Of a stretch of DNA of 64,000 nucleotides, positions 1-13,088 are shown piece after piece; the stretch's first letter is position 1; each line of letters starts with the position of its first letter. The position numbers and the translations under genes are program-made. The notes under the pieces are model-generated. The model saw nothing but the letters and a program-made list of their open reading frames with translations, was not told where the DNA came from and did no database searches. This stretch comes from Chiloscyllium plagiosum. Lineage: Eukaryota. The stretch spans positions 6,328,861-6,392,860 of the forward strand of contig NC_057745.1 of assembly GCF_004010195.1 (NCBI RefSeq), given 5' to 3'.

Positions 1-44
1 AGATGACCAATTCCTGCTCCTATTTCTTACATTCTTATGTTCTT

Positions 45-325
45 CAGGATGTCAGGTTAAGACCAAGATGAGGTGGAATTCTTCTCTCGTCGAGTTGCGA
101 GTCTTTGAAATTCATTGTCACAGAGAGCTGTGGGAGGACTGAGTTTTTGTGTATGTTCAAGGCTCAGATAGATTCTTGATCAGTCGGGGAATCAAAGGTT
201 ATGGGGAAAGGGCAGGAAAGCAGACATGAGGACTGTCAGATCAGCCATGATCTATGAATGGTGGAGCATGCTTGAGGGGCTGAATGGCCTACCCCCGTTC
301 CTATTTCTTTTGGCCTTATGTTCTA
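45..325 (+). mobile_element. CR1-type LINE 3' fragment
   Basis: Typical CR1 end (..RNFFS.RV...WNSL..) and tail GGGCTGAATGGCCTAC..C.GTTCCTAT. Closely similar to 3500-3750. Confidence 0.7.
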
Positions 326-1360
326 ATCATTGGTTAAAAAAGTGTGGGATGCACAATAATTTTTTTAAAGTAGTGCCAGGCATGAGATTCCAGCCAAGAA
401 CTTACAGGTGAACAATTTGAACTAAAAGGTAATGTTTGAACATTTGGATGTACGATTAATTCAAAATTCCTTTGTGCTGGCAGCTCAAAGATTTCAATTG
501 TAAAGAAGTTGCATTAACATTGCCTGGATTCCTTTGAGTTTTGAAGATGGTGGATCAAACTAATTACAGTGTTTAAAACAATATCAATTGGTTTGCATAA
601 AAAAAGAGAAATGATTTCCTGCAGTTGGGAGAATCCAGATTAATGCGACACAATCTTAATTTTAATTCCAGATGCTGAAGAGTTAAGTCAGGAGATATCT
701 CTTCCTAACCAAGGTCACAAATATCTAAACTTTGTTCCCTGAAGTCTTCAAAGTAATTAATCTTTCTTGGAATATGGAGTAAATGTGGATAAAGATTAAA
801 ATGTCGATTACTCCTGATAGAATTGAACAACATTGCAGATAGTTGGGAAAAAACTGGCCCACCCCTGTCTTGTACACAGTTAGACAGAACTTACAGCACT
901 GAAAGAGGCCATTTGGCCCAACTGGTCCTTGCCAGTATTGGATGCGCCATATAGGCCTCCTCCTAATTGAACCTTAAAGCATAGCCTTCAATTATTTTTG
1001 CCAATAGCTGTGTGTCTAGTTTCTCCTTAAGTATATCTATGCCATTTCTCTGAGTTATTCAGAGATGTGTCTGGATTCTTGAAGAAGGGCTTATGCCCGA
1101 AACATCGATTCTCCTGTTCCCTGGATGCTGCCTGACCTGCTGCGCTTTTCCAGCAACACATTTTCAGCTCTGAATTATTCCCCATGGTAGCATGTCCATA
1201 TTCTCAACACTCTCTGGTCAGAGAGGTTCCTTCTGAACTCCCTCTTTGAGTTCTACAATTTATGATTAAGTATTATCCTCATAAATTCTTTTTGCAACTT
1301 TTCCAGTGTTTCATTATCCAGTTGGTTCTTGCATTGTATAGATATAGATGGATTATTGTG

Positions 1361-1615
1361 GGGTGACAAGGTGGCTCAGTGGTTGCAAAGCTGCCTCTCA
1401 GCACCATAGACCAAGGTTCGATTCCAGCCTCAGACAACTGTCTGTGTGGAGTTTGCACATGTGCAGGTTAGGTGAATTGGCCATGCTAAATTGCCCATAG
1501 TGGAGGTTATTAGTCAGGGATAAATATGGGGTAGGGGAATGGGTCTGGGTGGGTTACTCTTCAGTCAGTGTGGACTTGTTGGGCCAAAGGGTCTGTTTCC
1601 ATGCTGTAGGGATTC
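1361..1615 (+). mobile_element. HE1-type V-SINE (internally deleted)
   Basis: Same head and tail as 6631-6920. Confidence 0.8.
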
Positions 1616-3165
1616 GAACCCTAATTGTGATTTGATCTATTTTTAACCATAAATGCTGGTTCTAGTTTCAGTCAACAAAAGTGAAATGTTTTGATAGGAC
1701 AGAGAGAAACCACAAAGTCAATGTTTAACATCCAAACTATCTGGAAAGAGAAGGCAGTTTCTTTTTCTCCATTTGCAGGGTATGGGCATTTATGGCTGGG
1801 CCAGCATTCATTGCCCATCCCTGGTTAAAAAGGTGGGGGTGATCTGCCAACTTGAACCACTGCAGTCCGCCTGCTGTGGGTTGGCCAACAATGCCCTTTG
1901 GGATGGAATTCCAGGATTTTAACTCTGTGACAGTGAAGGAATGGCAATATATTTCCAAGTCAGGATGGTGAGTGGCTTGGGGCAAAACTTGTGGTGTTCC
2001 CATGTGTCTGCTACCCTTGTGCTATTAGATGTAAGTTTGTGGCTAAAACAAGATGTGATCAACATGTAAAAGCTATTAACCATAATCCCAGAGGAATACC
2101 TTAAAAGTAAATAAGGACAGAAGAAAGCCTTGTGGCTCAGTGGGTCAGGTTCCGAACTCAGGGTGCGAGCTCTCACTTTGAGTCCCACTCATTGATTCCA
2201 TAACCTTAGATGGTACATTCACAGTGTGAGAAAACAGGTTGATTACCAGTCTGTAAATCCTTCCAATATGCCTTTTAGCAAGTGATAAGAGTGGGAGAGT
2301 GTCCTAGTCAGCCATCCTGCAGAAGCTAAAGCACATTGTGACAGTGCACTATTCATAAGCAAGGAACAAACCCATTGAAAACAAGGCCAAGAATACAGAC
2401 AGATCAGGACACAGTTTCCAAATGGAGAAAGGTGAATTTAGCCTTGATTTCTTCAGGCAACATATGATCGACATTGGAGACAGTAAATGGTGGAAGGTGG
2501 AACATAACTAATGTGTTTAAAATAAATTTCAACTTAGCTAATGGATGGAAGAATCAAATGTGCACTCATTCAAGAGGGCACGAAACAAAGAAAGTTAGTA
2601 CACAGATACAGCAGGTAATCAGGCTAGAGGAATCTTGGCCTTTATAGATTCAAAGATTTATAGTTTCATACAGGCCCTTCATTCCATCAACTCTGCACTG
2701 ACATAACTCCCACTAAAAGTGGGCTAATCCCAATTTCCTATACTTGTCCCACATCCTTAAATTTTATGATATTTGAAGTACTCATCCAAATATCTTTTAA
2801 AGATTGTAAGTCCTCCAGCCTCTCCTACCTGCCCAAACAGTGTATTACAGATTCTCACCACCTACTGAGTGAAAAATGTTTTTCCCAAATCCCCTCAGAA
2901 TCTTCTGCCCCTTACCCTAAAACTATGCCCTCTCATGTCTGATGCCTCAATAAAGGGGGACAGCTGCTCCCTATTCATGCCGTCCATTCTGCTCATAATC
3001 TTTACATCTCAGTCATGCCCCTCCCCCCCCCCCCAACCCCAGCCTTCTCTGCTCTAGAGAAAACAATACAAGCCTACCCAGTCAAGCCTTATAGCTCAAT
3101 TTCTCCAACCCAGGCAACATCTTGGTGAGCCTCCTCTGTACTCCCTCTTGTGTGATCACATCCTT

Positions 3166-3752
3166 ATTTCAAAGGCGTTGGATTATAAGAGTAGGGAACT
3201 CTTGTGAGAACTGTACAAGGTGAGGGGGAGACCACATCTGGAGTACTGTGAGTCGTTTTGCTCCCTTTATTTAAGATGATATAATTTCATGGAGGCAGTT
3301 CAGAGAATGTTCATGAGGATGATCCTGGAGTGGCAGGATTATCTTTTGAGCAAAAGCTAAACAGATTAGGACTGTACTCATTGGAGTTTAGCAGAATGAA
3401 CAGTGACCTCATTGAAACATATTGGATTCTTTCAGGGATTTGAGAAGATGTTTCCCTGCATGGGAGAATCTAAGCCTAGAGGGAACAGTCTCAAACTAAA
3501 GAGGTGCCAATTTAAGACTGAGATGAGGAGGAATTTCCTTTCTTAGAGAATTGCAATCTTTGGAGCTCCTTGCCACAGAGAGCTGCGGGGTAGAGTCCGT
3601 GTGTATGCTAAGGCTGAGACAGATAGATTCTTGATGAGTTGTGGAATCAAAGGTTATGGGGAAAGGGCAGGGAAGTGGATGTGAGGAATGGCAGATCCTC
3701 CATGATCCTATTAAATGGTGGAGCAAACTCCTGTTCCTATTTGTTATGGTCT
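3166..3752 (+). mobile_element. CR1-type LINE 3' fragment
   Basis: Decayed RPHLEYC..FW.P and LGLYSLE.RR.R.DLIE, plus the 3' tail. Confidence 0.8.
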
Positions 3753-5560
3753 TACTCCAGTAAATTCTGCAAGAAGACAACATAGTTGGCCATTTAGATC
3801 ATTAGAAATAGGAGTCAGATGAAGCCATTTTGAATCACGAGCCCTGTTGCATCATTCTAAGATGTTATGGTTGGTCTATGACCAAAGTGACAGTCAAGAG
3901 GATTATTTGGATAAAAATAGTGTACAAGGAATGGGAAAAAGCAGGAGATAGGGACTAGGTAACGATGCTCATTTAGTGAGCCAGGGCAGGCATGATGGGC
4001 TGAATGGCCTTCTTCTACACTGTAATACTCTTGCACTGTCACACCTCTGTGATTCTGTGAAGTGCATAAACCTTTCATTGTTCTACATCATTAATATCTA
4101 TACTTACTAAAATCTATTGATCCCAAATTTAAATTGAAAAAAAATGGACCCAACATGAAATGTCATTTGCAAACAGAGTTCCAAGCTTCACCCTGTTTTT
4201 TTTTACAAATAAATGCGTCCTAACTTTATTTCTAAACAATGTGGCTCCAAACTCAAAGCTGTGTCCCCTAGACCTGGACTCGGAGACCAGTGGGAGTTGT
4301 TTCTGATTGCTTTTCTGGCCAACTTGCTCTGACTGGACCGGATGGATTTACGGTCTTCCAGAAGGCCAGTATCTTGAGAGAAACCTGGGAACGAAAGGAA
4401 AGGATTTTGAATTAAATCCGCCCCCCTCCCTTCTCTCTTCCCTCAAATCTGACTGACCGACACCATCCCCCTCCCAATGTAGGTAGCCACCAACTCACAT
4501 GTTGAGCAGCTGTTCGGAATTCCTTAACAGCTATTCCTCCGAATAGTGCTTCCTGTGGTTTTACAGGTTCATTCTAAGCTAATTGAACATCACTTCAAAC
4601 ATAAGTATCAGCAAATCCAGAAGGGGGTGTACAGGAACAGAATAATTAGGGAAGAGGAAAGGAACTTGAAGCTGTTAAAGAGCCCTTCTCAGCCTAGTGT
4701 TCCATACATTGGTCACACTTGCAACTGTTAGAATGGAACCTGTCTCGCTCTAATCCTGAAACAAAGCGAGAGTTGTCACGTAAGTCTTAAAAAATAGTTA
4801 ATTAATATTTCCCCAAGCCCTATAATTAATTACATTCAAAGGGCAGGTGGAAATAAAGGAACAAAGTTACTGATGTGAACTATGAACCAATTCTCAGTCG
4901 ATTAGCCATAAAGCTCCCAGAAAGAGACACATATCCAAAACAAAAGATGAAAGCTCACAGACCTGACCCCCTGAACTATTTCCCACTTTGAAGATGCTGT
5001 CTGACCGGCTCAGTATTTCAAGTATTTGATATGGTTATATATTTTTACAATTTTTGTTTTGGTTTACAAGTTAGCAGGATTTAAAAGGAAAGTGGGTGCA
5101 TATTTAAGAACTAAAACTGAGAGAGGGGCATGAGAATGGGGGTGGAGCGGAGCACAGCATTAAAGAGCTAGCACGAATCCAAAGGGCCGAACAGTTTATT
5201 TCTTTTTGTTTTCCCACGTTGAGAGATAAAGGAGAGGCGGGGTCAAGAGTTTAGCTTGACCGCATTATTCAAGTCAGTGGTGCGGAAATCTTGATAAGTA
5301 ACTCTTCAAATCTGTCCCGAATGCCCTCCCTTTCTCACGGCTCCCGGAAGGATCGATCCCTTGGTGCCACGTCAGGGTTCAGACCGACCCTAACACCGCT
5401 TGTGGTCGGCGAGAGGCGGGGCAATGGGAACAAGGTGAAAGGATTTTCCACGAAACACAAAGAGAAGCCGAGTACCAGCCGCGGGGAGGAGAGAGGGCAA
5501 ACCAGCCACTCGGTACCGGGCAGCACTCAGTCTCCCCCTCCCAGCTCCTCTCCGGTCATC

Positions 5561-5698
5561 ATGTTATTTCCTTTCTTGCTATTCATGCCTTTGGCATCCG
5601 CCAATTTAACCGAGCTGACCTTCGAGTTGGCAGACAGAGAGATTCAGTGCTTCTACGAAGAGTTGCAGAAAGATGCCAAGTGCAACTTCGTTTTCCAG
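5561..5698 (+). CDS. TMED3: p24gamma/TMED3-7-like protein, coding exon 1 (signal peptide and start of GOLD domain)
   Basis: ATG at 5561 with A at -3. Translates MLFPFLLFMPLASA-NLTELTFELADREIQCFYEE...FVFQ, matching the p24gamma ELTFEL..CF.E motif. Ends at a CAG|GTAAAG donor; 46 codons, phase 0. Assignment to TMED3 rather than TMED7 or another paralog is uncertain. Confidence 0.85.
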
Positions 5699-6630
5699 GT
5701 AAAGTGCAGTCACACAGTTACCAGATTAACCTAGCTGTAAACTGTCAAACATGGGAGATCTAAACACCAGGTTTTACTCCACATGGATTGAAGAAAATTT
5801 TTCTTTTTGACTTGACCTTAGAGTTTGCTCCCGGACATTGTGGAGCTTCCTAAGGCAGGGTATGGTAGTTACTCGACAGGCTAATAAAAAGCACAGCAGT
5901 CAGGCAGCATCCGAGGAGCAGGGGGGTGAATTGACGTTTCTGGCATTAGCCCTTCATCATCTGCAGTCCTCACTTTCTCCTAATGGTGCTGAACGTTAAT
6001 TTTAAAACCTGTATTACCAACAGAAGAAAGTGAAGGGAAAGCTCCACCATGAGCATATGAAATGTCATAACATTCGAAAGTATGGGTCAAGTGCTAGAAA
6101 GTGGGATTAGTGAGTCTCAACACAGACTCGACTGGCCAAAGGACCTCCTCTGTGCTGTATGACTCTGACCCTCGTTGACTCTCAAAGGATCTTCTTTGTG
6201 GGAAATAAATTGGAATAATGTCTGTTGTTGTGGTTCTGTTCGCCGAGCTGGGAATCTGTTTTGCAACACAAATTCCCAGCTCAGCAAACAGAACCACAAC
6301 AACAAGGATCACCCGAGCTACAAATCTTCTCCCAAACTTGGAATAATGTCTGGTTTTGCAGCCATATGGTAGCATCTCCAATGGGCTGGTTATTTTTTCA
6401 TAACCTTTTATTCTATAGCTTTTTGGGAGTTTTGTTTTGGTAAGTAGCAAGATGGATGGTGTAATTATGGTCAGACTGAGCTTACCTGTGAGATGAAGGT
6501 TGAATTCTCACTCCAGCGCAATGTGATGTCAGACAGAAGTTGGTGTCTTTCTTATGAGATGTCACAAAAAGGGCCACTTGCTGTTACATAGTGCTTTTCA
6601 TAACCACCAGGGGCAGTACTGTGGCTCAGG

Positions 6631-6920
6631 GGGTGGCACAGTGGCTCAGTGGTTAGCACCACTGCCTCACAGTGCCAGGGTCCCAGGTTCGATTCCAGCC
6701 TCGGGTGACTGTCTGTGTGGAGTTTGCACCTTCTCTCCATGTCTGCGTGGGTTTCCTCTGGGTGCTCTGGTTTCTTCTCACAGTCCAAAGATGTGCAGGT
6801 TAGGTGAATTGGCCATGCTAAATTGCCCATAGTGCTAGGTGCATTAGTCAGAAGTGGGTTACTCTTCAGAGGGTTGGTGTGGACTGGTTGGGCTGAAGGG
6901 CCTGTTTCCACACAGTAGGG
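6631..6920 (+). mobile_element. HE1-type tRNA-derived V-SINE
   Basis: A box TGGCTCAGTGG and B box GGTTCGATTCC. V-domain GTCTGTGTGGAGTTTGCAC...GTGGGTTTCCTC. CR1-like 3' tail. Confidence 0.85.
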
Positions 6921-7099
6921 AACCTAGTCTAAAATACTTTATGATTTCAGTAATCTTGAAATGTCATAATATAGGAAGCAAGGTCCCATAAACTGCAACG
7001 TAATAACAACCAAATAATTATTTTTGTTGACATTAATATTGGTCGGGCCTCACCTTCAGTGCTCTTCTTTGAAATAGTGCTGTGTCCATCATGGGAAGG

Positions 7100-7260
7100 T
7101 TAAAAATCACACAATCACACAAATAAAGCTGTTATAGTCCAACAGCTTTATTTGGAAATACAAGCTTTCAGAGCGTTGCTCCTTCCAAATAAACCTGTTT
7201 GACTCTAACCTGATGCTGTGTGATTTTTAACTTTGTTCACTTCAGTACCTCCACATCAGG
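7100..7260. mobile_element. Family B palindromic mini-element with deleted centre
   Basis: Same GTTAAAAATCACAC...GTGTGATTTTTAAC arms. TSD CCATCATG(G/A)GAAGG at 7086-7099 and 7262-7275. Confidence 0.75.
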
Positions 7261-7634
7261 GCCATCATGAGAAGGCCATTGACTTAGCATCTCATCCATG
7301 TGGCAGCATCTCTGATACTGCAGCACACTCTCACTACTTCACTAGAGTGATAGCCTGGCGTTTTGTGCTGAAATCATAGACTGGTGCATTTGAAGACTCA
7401 ACTTTGTAACTTGGAGGTAAGAGTGTTGGCTCAGTTGGCTGGCTTGTGACACACTTGTATACCAACAATGTGGGGTCAATTCCTGCACCAGCTTAAGGCC
7501 ACTGTGAAGTCTCTCTTGTTTGTAATGTGGTGATGCTCAGGTTGAACTATTGCTAGTTGTCTCTGCCTAATGAGAGAATGGGTTTGTGGTTACTTCACTA
7601 CATTCACACAGAAGATGCTCTGCCAACTACCATA

Positions 7635-7945
7635 GAGTCACAACAGTGGGGAAACAGACCATTTGATCCATCAAAGCCACACTGATCCTCTGAAGAGCAT
7701 CCTCCCTCTGTAACCCTGCATTTCCCACAGCTCATCCACCTAGCCTGCACATCCTTGTGCACTATAGGCAATTTAGTGTGGCCAATCCACTTAACCTGCA
7801 CATCTTCAGACTTGTGGGCACCTGGAGGAAACCTGCTCAGACAGGAGGAGAATGTGCAAACTCCACACTGATGGTCGCTCGATGGTGGAATTGAACCTGG
7901 GTCCCTGGTGCTGTGAGGCAGCAGTGATAACCACTGAGCCACTGT
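7635..7945 (-). mobile_element. HE1-type V-SINE
   Basis: Reverse-strand copy of the same SINE. Confidence 0.8.
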
Positions 7946-9289
7946 ACCAGTGCTAAGATTTGCATCAGCTGTTCAAGGCTGAAGGGGGTTCTCCTGGTGC
8001 ATTAGCCAACCGTCATTTTTACATCTTTTCTCTTTCACCACTATCAACAAGTCCTGTGTCTTTTACACAGGGTCTCTCCATCATCCACTCTCATGTTCTT
8101 CCTCTGCTTCTGTCAAAATTACAAAAAACAAGTTCCCAACATCTTTCAGTTCTGAAGAAGTGTCATACTGCACTTGAAACATACACTCGGTTTCTCCCGT
8201 CACAAATCCTGTCAGGACCGCTGTGTTTCTCCAGCATTTTCGGTGCTTTTGTTTTTACATCGGTAACTGATTGTGCAGTGTGCGGAATATTGTGTGTAAA
8301 ATGGCTGCTATGTTTGCCTGTATAACCTTGGCCTGTGTGTTTCATTGTAATTTATTGCATATCAAGAACTTAGAACATTAACTGGTGAGTGGAAATTGAA
8401 CTTGACTGCATGATACCAGCACTGGGAGCCCCACTGTGTATTCCCCGGTGCACAGCACTGTATTGTCTGTGGAAAGAATGATAAAAATAGTCAGTTCCTT
8501 TGTACCTAGGCCAATGCATTAAATGATGGTTCACAGTTAATGTTCCAAACTTCCTGATATGGGGAGAGGCCTCCAACAAGCCCTCTGTCACTGATATGTG
8601 TCTGGAGCTAGGGAATATCCCAGTATGCACACTGCCCTTATATGGGACAGTTAAAGTTCTGAAAATCAGTTTTATCCTGTCTGAAACCTTTGCAATTCCA
8701 ACGATTTTGAGATCAGCCAGCCAAATGGAGACTTGGGCTGTTTGCGCTAAACCCAAGGGTAGCTTGTTAATTGAAATCAGACAGTCTCTGATACTTCAAT
8801 GGAACAGCAGAAAATGTTTTAAAATTGTCACATTGCAAATAGAATGATAACTTGAATTTATGTAGTACCCATAACATCATAAAAATGTTCCCCAAGAATG
8901 TGATTTGACACCCTCTCACATAAGGAGATGTTAGGATGGATGATTTGGTCAAACTGGCAGATGGAGTTTCGATATAATGTCGTATCTTTATCGGCAGCAC
9001 CTCCTACAGTGCAACACTCCCTTAGTTCTGCAACAGTTCTGTGTTTAATACCTGGAGTAAAACATGAACTTGGGGACCTTGCAAGACAGAGGTCAGGCAG
9101 CTACTGTGACAGCTGTTTTGGTTTGAGCTCTCTTATGATAGGACCTGCTACCTGGATAAGTTTTTGATCTTTTGAAGTAGACAGGCAGGAGGCTGGAAGA
9201 ACAGCCTGAGTACTTTGGATTCCAGCATCTGCAGTTTTTTTTTTGTCTTTGATCCTTTGACACCAGTTAAACATTTGTGTTCTCACAAG

Positions 9290-9538
9290 GTGGTTGCAGG
9301 TGGTCACTATGATGTGGATTGCTTCATCGAAGATCCCAGAAGGCGAATGATCTACAGGAAGCACAAGATACGGCAGGACAGCTTGGCTGTGAAAGTGGAG
9401 CTCTCCGGTGTCTACAGCTTCTGCTTTGGCAACCAGTTCTCCACCTTCAGCCACAAAAAGATTTACTTCCACCTTGAAGTCGGTGAGGAAATTCCCATTT
9501 TTGCCACTGCTGAGGGCAAGGACAGTGCTCTCACACAG
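9290..9538 (+). CDS. TMED3: TMED3-7-like coding exon 2 (GOLD domain)
   Basis: AAG| acceptor at 9288-9289. Translates VVAGGHYDVDC...GVYSFCFGNQFSTFSHKKIYF...ALTQ, with the GGHYDVD and FCF.N.FSTF.HK hallmarks of TMED3/7. CAG|GT donor; 83 codons. Confidence 0.9.
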
Positions 9539-9835
9539 GTTCGTTGGTCTTGACAGTCCTTAAGTAATCTGGCTACTCACCCTCACAGAGCCTCAGACTT
9601 TTACTATGTTTCAAATATATTTCTTTTAATAGTGAGACCTCGCAGATGGCTCCATTGCACCAGGATTGAGTGAGAGGGGTGATTGTGTGAAGGCAGACTC
9701 AGATATTCAATCCCACAGCTTGTAGGATAGTTCTGTGACTTTGGCTAAACCGTGGAAGATCCTTGCAATGGCCACAGGAGCTCACAGAGCTCTACCACAG
9801 GAGGCCACTTGGTCCATTATTTGGGGAGATTGGCA

Positions 9836-10340
9836 TCATGTTCAATTCTGGTCTCCCTGCAATAGAAAAGAAGTTGTTAAACCTGATCGGGTACAGAAAG
9901 TATTTACAAGGCTGTTGCCAGGGCTGGATGGTTTGAGTTACAGGGAGAGGCTGAATAGGCTGGTGCTATTTTCCCTGGAGCATCGGAGGCTGAGGGGTGA
10001 CCTTATAGAGGTTTATTAAATCATGAGGGGCATGGATAGGATCGAAGAGTGAAAGGTTCTAAAACTAGGGGGCATAGGTTTAAGGTGAATGGGGAAAGAT
10101 TTAAAAGGATCTAAGGGGCAACTTTTTCACACAGCGGGTGGTGCGTGTTTGCAATGAGCTGCCAGAGGAAGTGGTGGAGGCTGGTACAATTACAGCATTT
10201 AAAAGGCATCTGGATGGGTATATGAATAGGAGGCTTTAGAGGGATATGGCAAATGGGACGAGGTTAGGTTAGGATATCTGGTTGGCATGGACAAGTTGGA
10301 CCGAAGGTTCTGTTTCCGTGCTGTACATCTCAATGATTCT
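9836..10340 (+). mobile_element. CR1/HER1-like LINE 3' fragment
   Basis: VQFWSP..RK.V....RVQK.FTR.LPGL.GLSYRERLNRL.LFSLE.RRLRGDLIEVY. Confidence 0.85.
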
Positions 10341-11349
10341 ATATTAATATCACTGGACTAGTAATCTAGGTGTCCAAACTAATGCTCTGGAGACACAAGT
10401 TCAAATCCCACCACAGCAACTGGTGGAATTTAAATTCACTTATTAACTCTGAAATATAAAGCTAGTCTCAACAAAGATGGCCATCAAGTCTCCCTCTAAG
10501 CTGTGCAACTGTAGGGAAGCTCTGCAAAGCTGATGGTGTGTAGACAAGTTGACCTCCAGTCCTAGATGTCACTGCATTGAAAGTCCGTACAATGACAGGA
10601 ATGATCAGAGGAAACGTAGTGGCCATGACAACTATCACCAATAGTAGTACTCCCTGGAGCGTCGGAGGCTGAGGGGTGACCTTATAGAGGTTTATTAAAT
10701 CATGAGGGGCATGGATAGGATAAATAGACAAGGTCTTTTTTGAAGAGTGAAAGGTTCTAAAACTAGGGGGCATAGGTTTAAGGTGAATGGGGAAAGATTT
10801 AAAAGGATCTAAGGGGCAACTTTTTCACACAGAGGGTGGTGCGTGTTTGCAATGAGCTGCCAGAGGAAGTGGTGGAGGGTGGTACAATTACAGCATTTAA
10901 AAGGCATCTGGATGGGTATATGAATAGGAAGGCTTTAGAGGGATATAGCAAATGGGACGAGGTTAGGTTAGGATATCTGGTTGGCATGGACAAGTTGGAC
11001 CGAAGGTTCTGTTTCCGTGCTGTACATCTCAATTATTCTATATTAATATCACTGGACTAGTAATCTAGGTGTCCAAACTAATGCTCTGGAGACACAAGTT
11101 CAAATCCCACCACAGCAACTGGTGGAATTTAAATTCACTTATTAACTCTGAAATATAAAGCTAGTCTCAACAAAGATGGCCATCAAGTCTCCCTCTAAGC
11201 TGTGCAACTGTAGGGAAGCTCTGCAAAGCTGATGGTGTGTAGACAAGTTGACCTCCAGTCCTAGATGTCACTGCATTGAAAGTCCGTACAATGACAGGAA
11301 CGATCAGAGGAAACGTAGTGGCCATGACAACTATCACCAATAGTAGTAC
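9972..11349 (+). repeat. Tandem duplication of about 690 bp (9972-10650 / 10651-11349)
   Basis: Two near-identical units of CR1 tail, SINE piece and unique insert. They differ by a ~20-nt indel and scattered substitutions. Confidence 0.9.
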
Positions 11350-12264
11350 AAACCCTTCTGGTTCTCTTATGCCCTTTAGCAAACAGATTCTGCCATCCTT
11401 ACCCAGTCTGGTCTACATGTGACTTCTGACTCAACATTATGATTAACTGCTAAGTACCCAATGACATGACCTAATAAGCCACTCAAGGGCAATTAGGGAT
11501 GGGCAACAAATTGGCCTTGCCAATGATGTCCACATCCCATGAAAGAATGAAGAAACAAATGCCAGTGTTGGCTCTCTGAAGGACCTCTCTAATTAGTGTA
11601 ATTCCCTTGCCTTTATTTTCCCCCTTCCTTCCAAAAAATGGCAAAATTGTTCTTGCTAAAGTATTCATCCAACTCTCTTTCAAAAGTTATAATTGAACCT
11701 GCTTCTACAGCATTTTCAAGTAGTCCATTCCATATATTAATAAGTCACTGCATTTAAAAACAAGTTCTCCACAGCTCCCAGTTGTGCCTTTGTAGATAAA
11801 TCACACAGGGCACTTTGGCTGAGCCTCAGAAGGATTACATTCCAATGCATGCAGGATGCTTGGTCAAACAGCAACAATCCTGAGTCCAAAAACAAAGGTC
11901 TTGGAGAATGACAGTGATGATTAATAGGGGTGATCAGAAGAGTGTGATGTATAGTTAATGTCACTGGACTAGTAATCATGAGGGCCAGGGCTATTGCTTT
12001 GGGGACATTGGCTCAAATCTCACTAAGGCAACTAGTGAAACTTTTATTCAATTAATCAATCTGGAATATTAACCTAGTCTCAATAATGGTGACCATCAAG
12101 CAATCATCAAATATGGTAAAAGCCCATCTGTATCACCCATGTGTGGGTGATATTGTTACAGATCTTGTAACTGAAGAAGCTGTGCCAAGGCACCTTTGTA
12201 CCGAAGATGGTGACTTATAAACTTTTCACACTACATATTTGAGTGCATATGACAATATAGCTAT

Positions 12265-12290
12265 CAATTCAATTCAATTCAATTCAATTC
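12265..12290 (+). repeat. (CAATT)n microsatellite
   Basis: Five tandem CAATT units. Confidence 0.85.
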
Positions 12291-12851
12291 ATGTCCTTTA
12301 GGAAAGGAAATTTGCCATTATTGCCCTCTCTGGCCTTGGTGGAACTCTGAGCAGTGCCTCTTAACTGACCCTGTGAAATGGCCCTAGTGTGGCACTCAGT
12401 TCAAGGGCAATTAGGGATGGACAATAAATGCTGACTTGACCAGTGATACCCACACCTCATTTAAGGAAAAGGGAAGGTTGATGAATCATCGCTATTGTTG
12501 TTGGAGTCATAGTTATACAGCACAGAAACAGACCCTTCGGTCCAACCAGTCCATGCCGATCATAAGCCTACACTAAACTAATCCCACCTGCCTGGTCCTG
12601 GCCCACATCCCTCCAAACCTTTCCTTTTGATATACTTGATATACATTGTAACTGTACCCACATTCGCCACTACCTCAGGACGTTCATTCCACACCCTGTG
12701 TGCAAAACATTTGCCCTTTGTGTCTTTTCAAAATCTCTCTCTTCTCACCTTAGAACATGTCGCCCAGACTTGAGATCCACTTTCGAATGTGCAGTCATTA
12801 ATGGCCGAGGCAGTTATACTGCAGTGTTATCCTATTTGTTTATCTCCTCAG

Positions 12852-13088
12852 CTGGAAGCCTCCTGCCTTTCCATCCATACTGCACTGCGGAGTGTGATGA
12901 GCATGCAGACACAACAGCGGGTGCAGGCATTGATTGATCACCTGCACGCAGAAGACGTGAACAGTCACATTATCTACTGGGCATCTAGTGAGACCATCAT
13001 CCTTTTCCTGGTTACTGTGGGCCAGTTGATTATCGTGAAGAGATTCTTCACTGATCAAAGGGCCAATATAAGTGTGGCCACCACATAA
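12852..13088 (+). CDS. TMED3: TMED3-7-like coding exon 3 (coiled coil, TM helix, FF cytosolic tail)
   Basis: Pyrimidine tract and CAG acceptor. Translates LEASCLSIHTAL...AEDVN..IIYW.SSETIILFLVTVGQLIIVKRFFTDQR...*, ending in TAA at 13086-13088. AATAAA at 13115-13120. Total protein 207 aa. Confidence 0.88.
   Translation: MEASCLSIHTALRSVMSMQTQQRVQALIDHLHAEDVNSHIIYWASSETIILFLVTVGQLIIVKRFFTDQRANISVATT

Noticed and set aside
5291-5560. N-terminal extension of the TMED ORF
   Set aside because: It begins at TTG, not ATG. The ATG at 5561 has good context and directly precedes a signal peptide.
6170-6375. Short inverted repeat (TTGTTGTGGTTCTGTT...AACAGAACCACAACAA) around 6225-6303
   Set aside because: Probably another small repeat-derived palindrome. 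I could not assign a family or find a hammerhead core, so I make no claim.
6631-6705. tRNA-like sequences with A and B boxes (also at about 1365, 7880, 19520 and 24085)
   Set aside because: They are SINE heads that continue into the V-domain, not tRNA genes.
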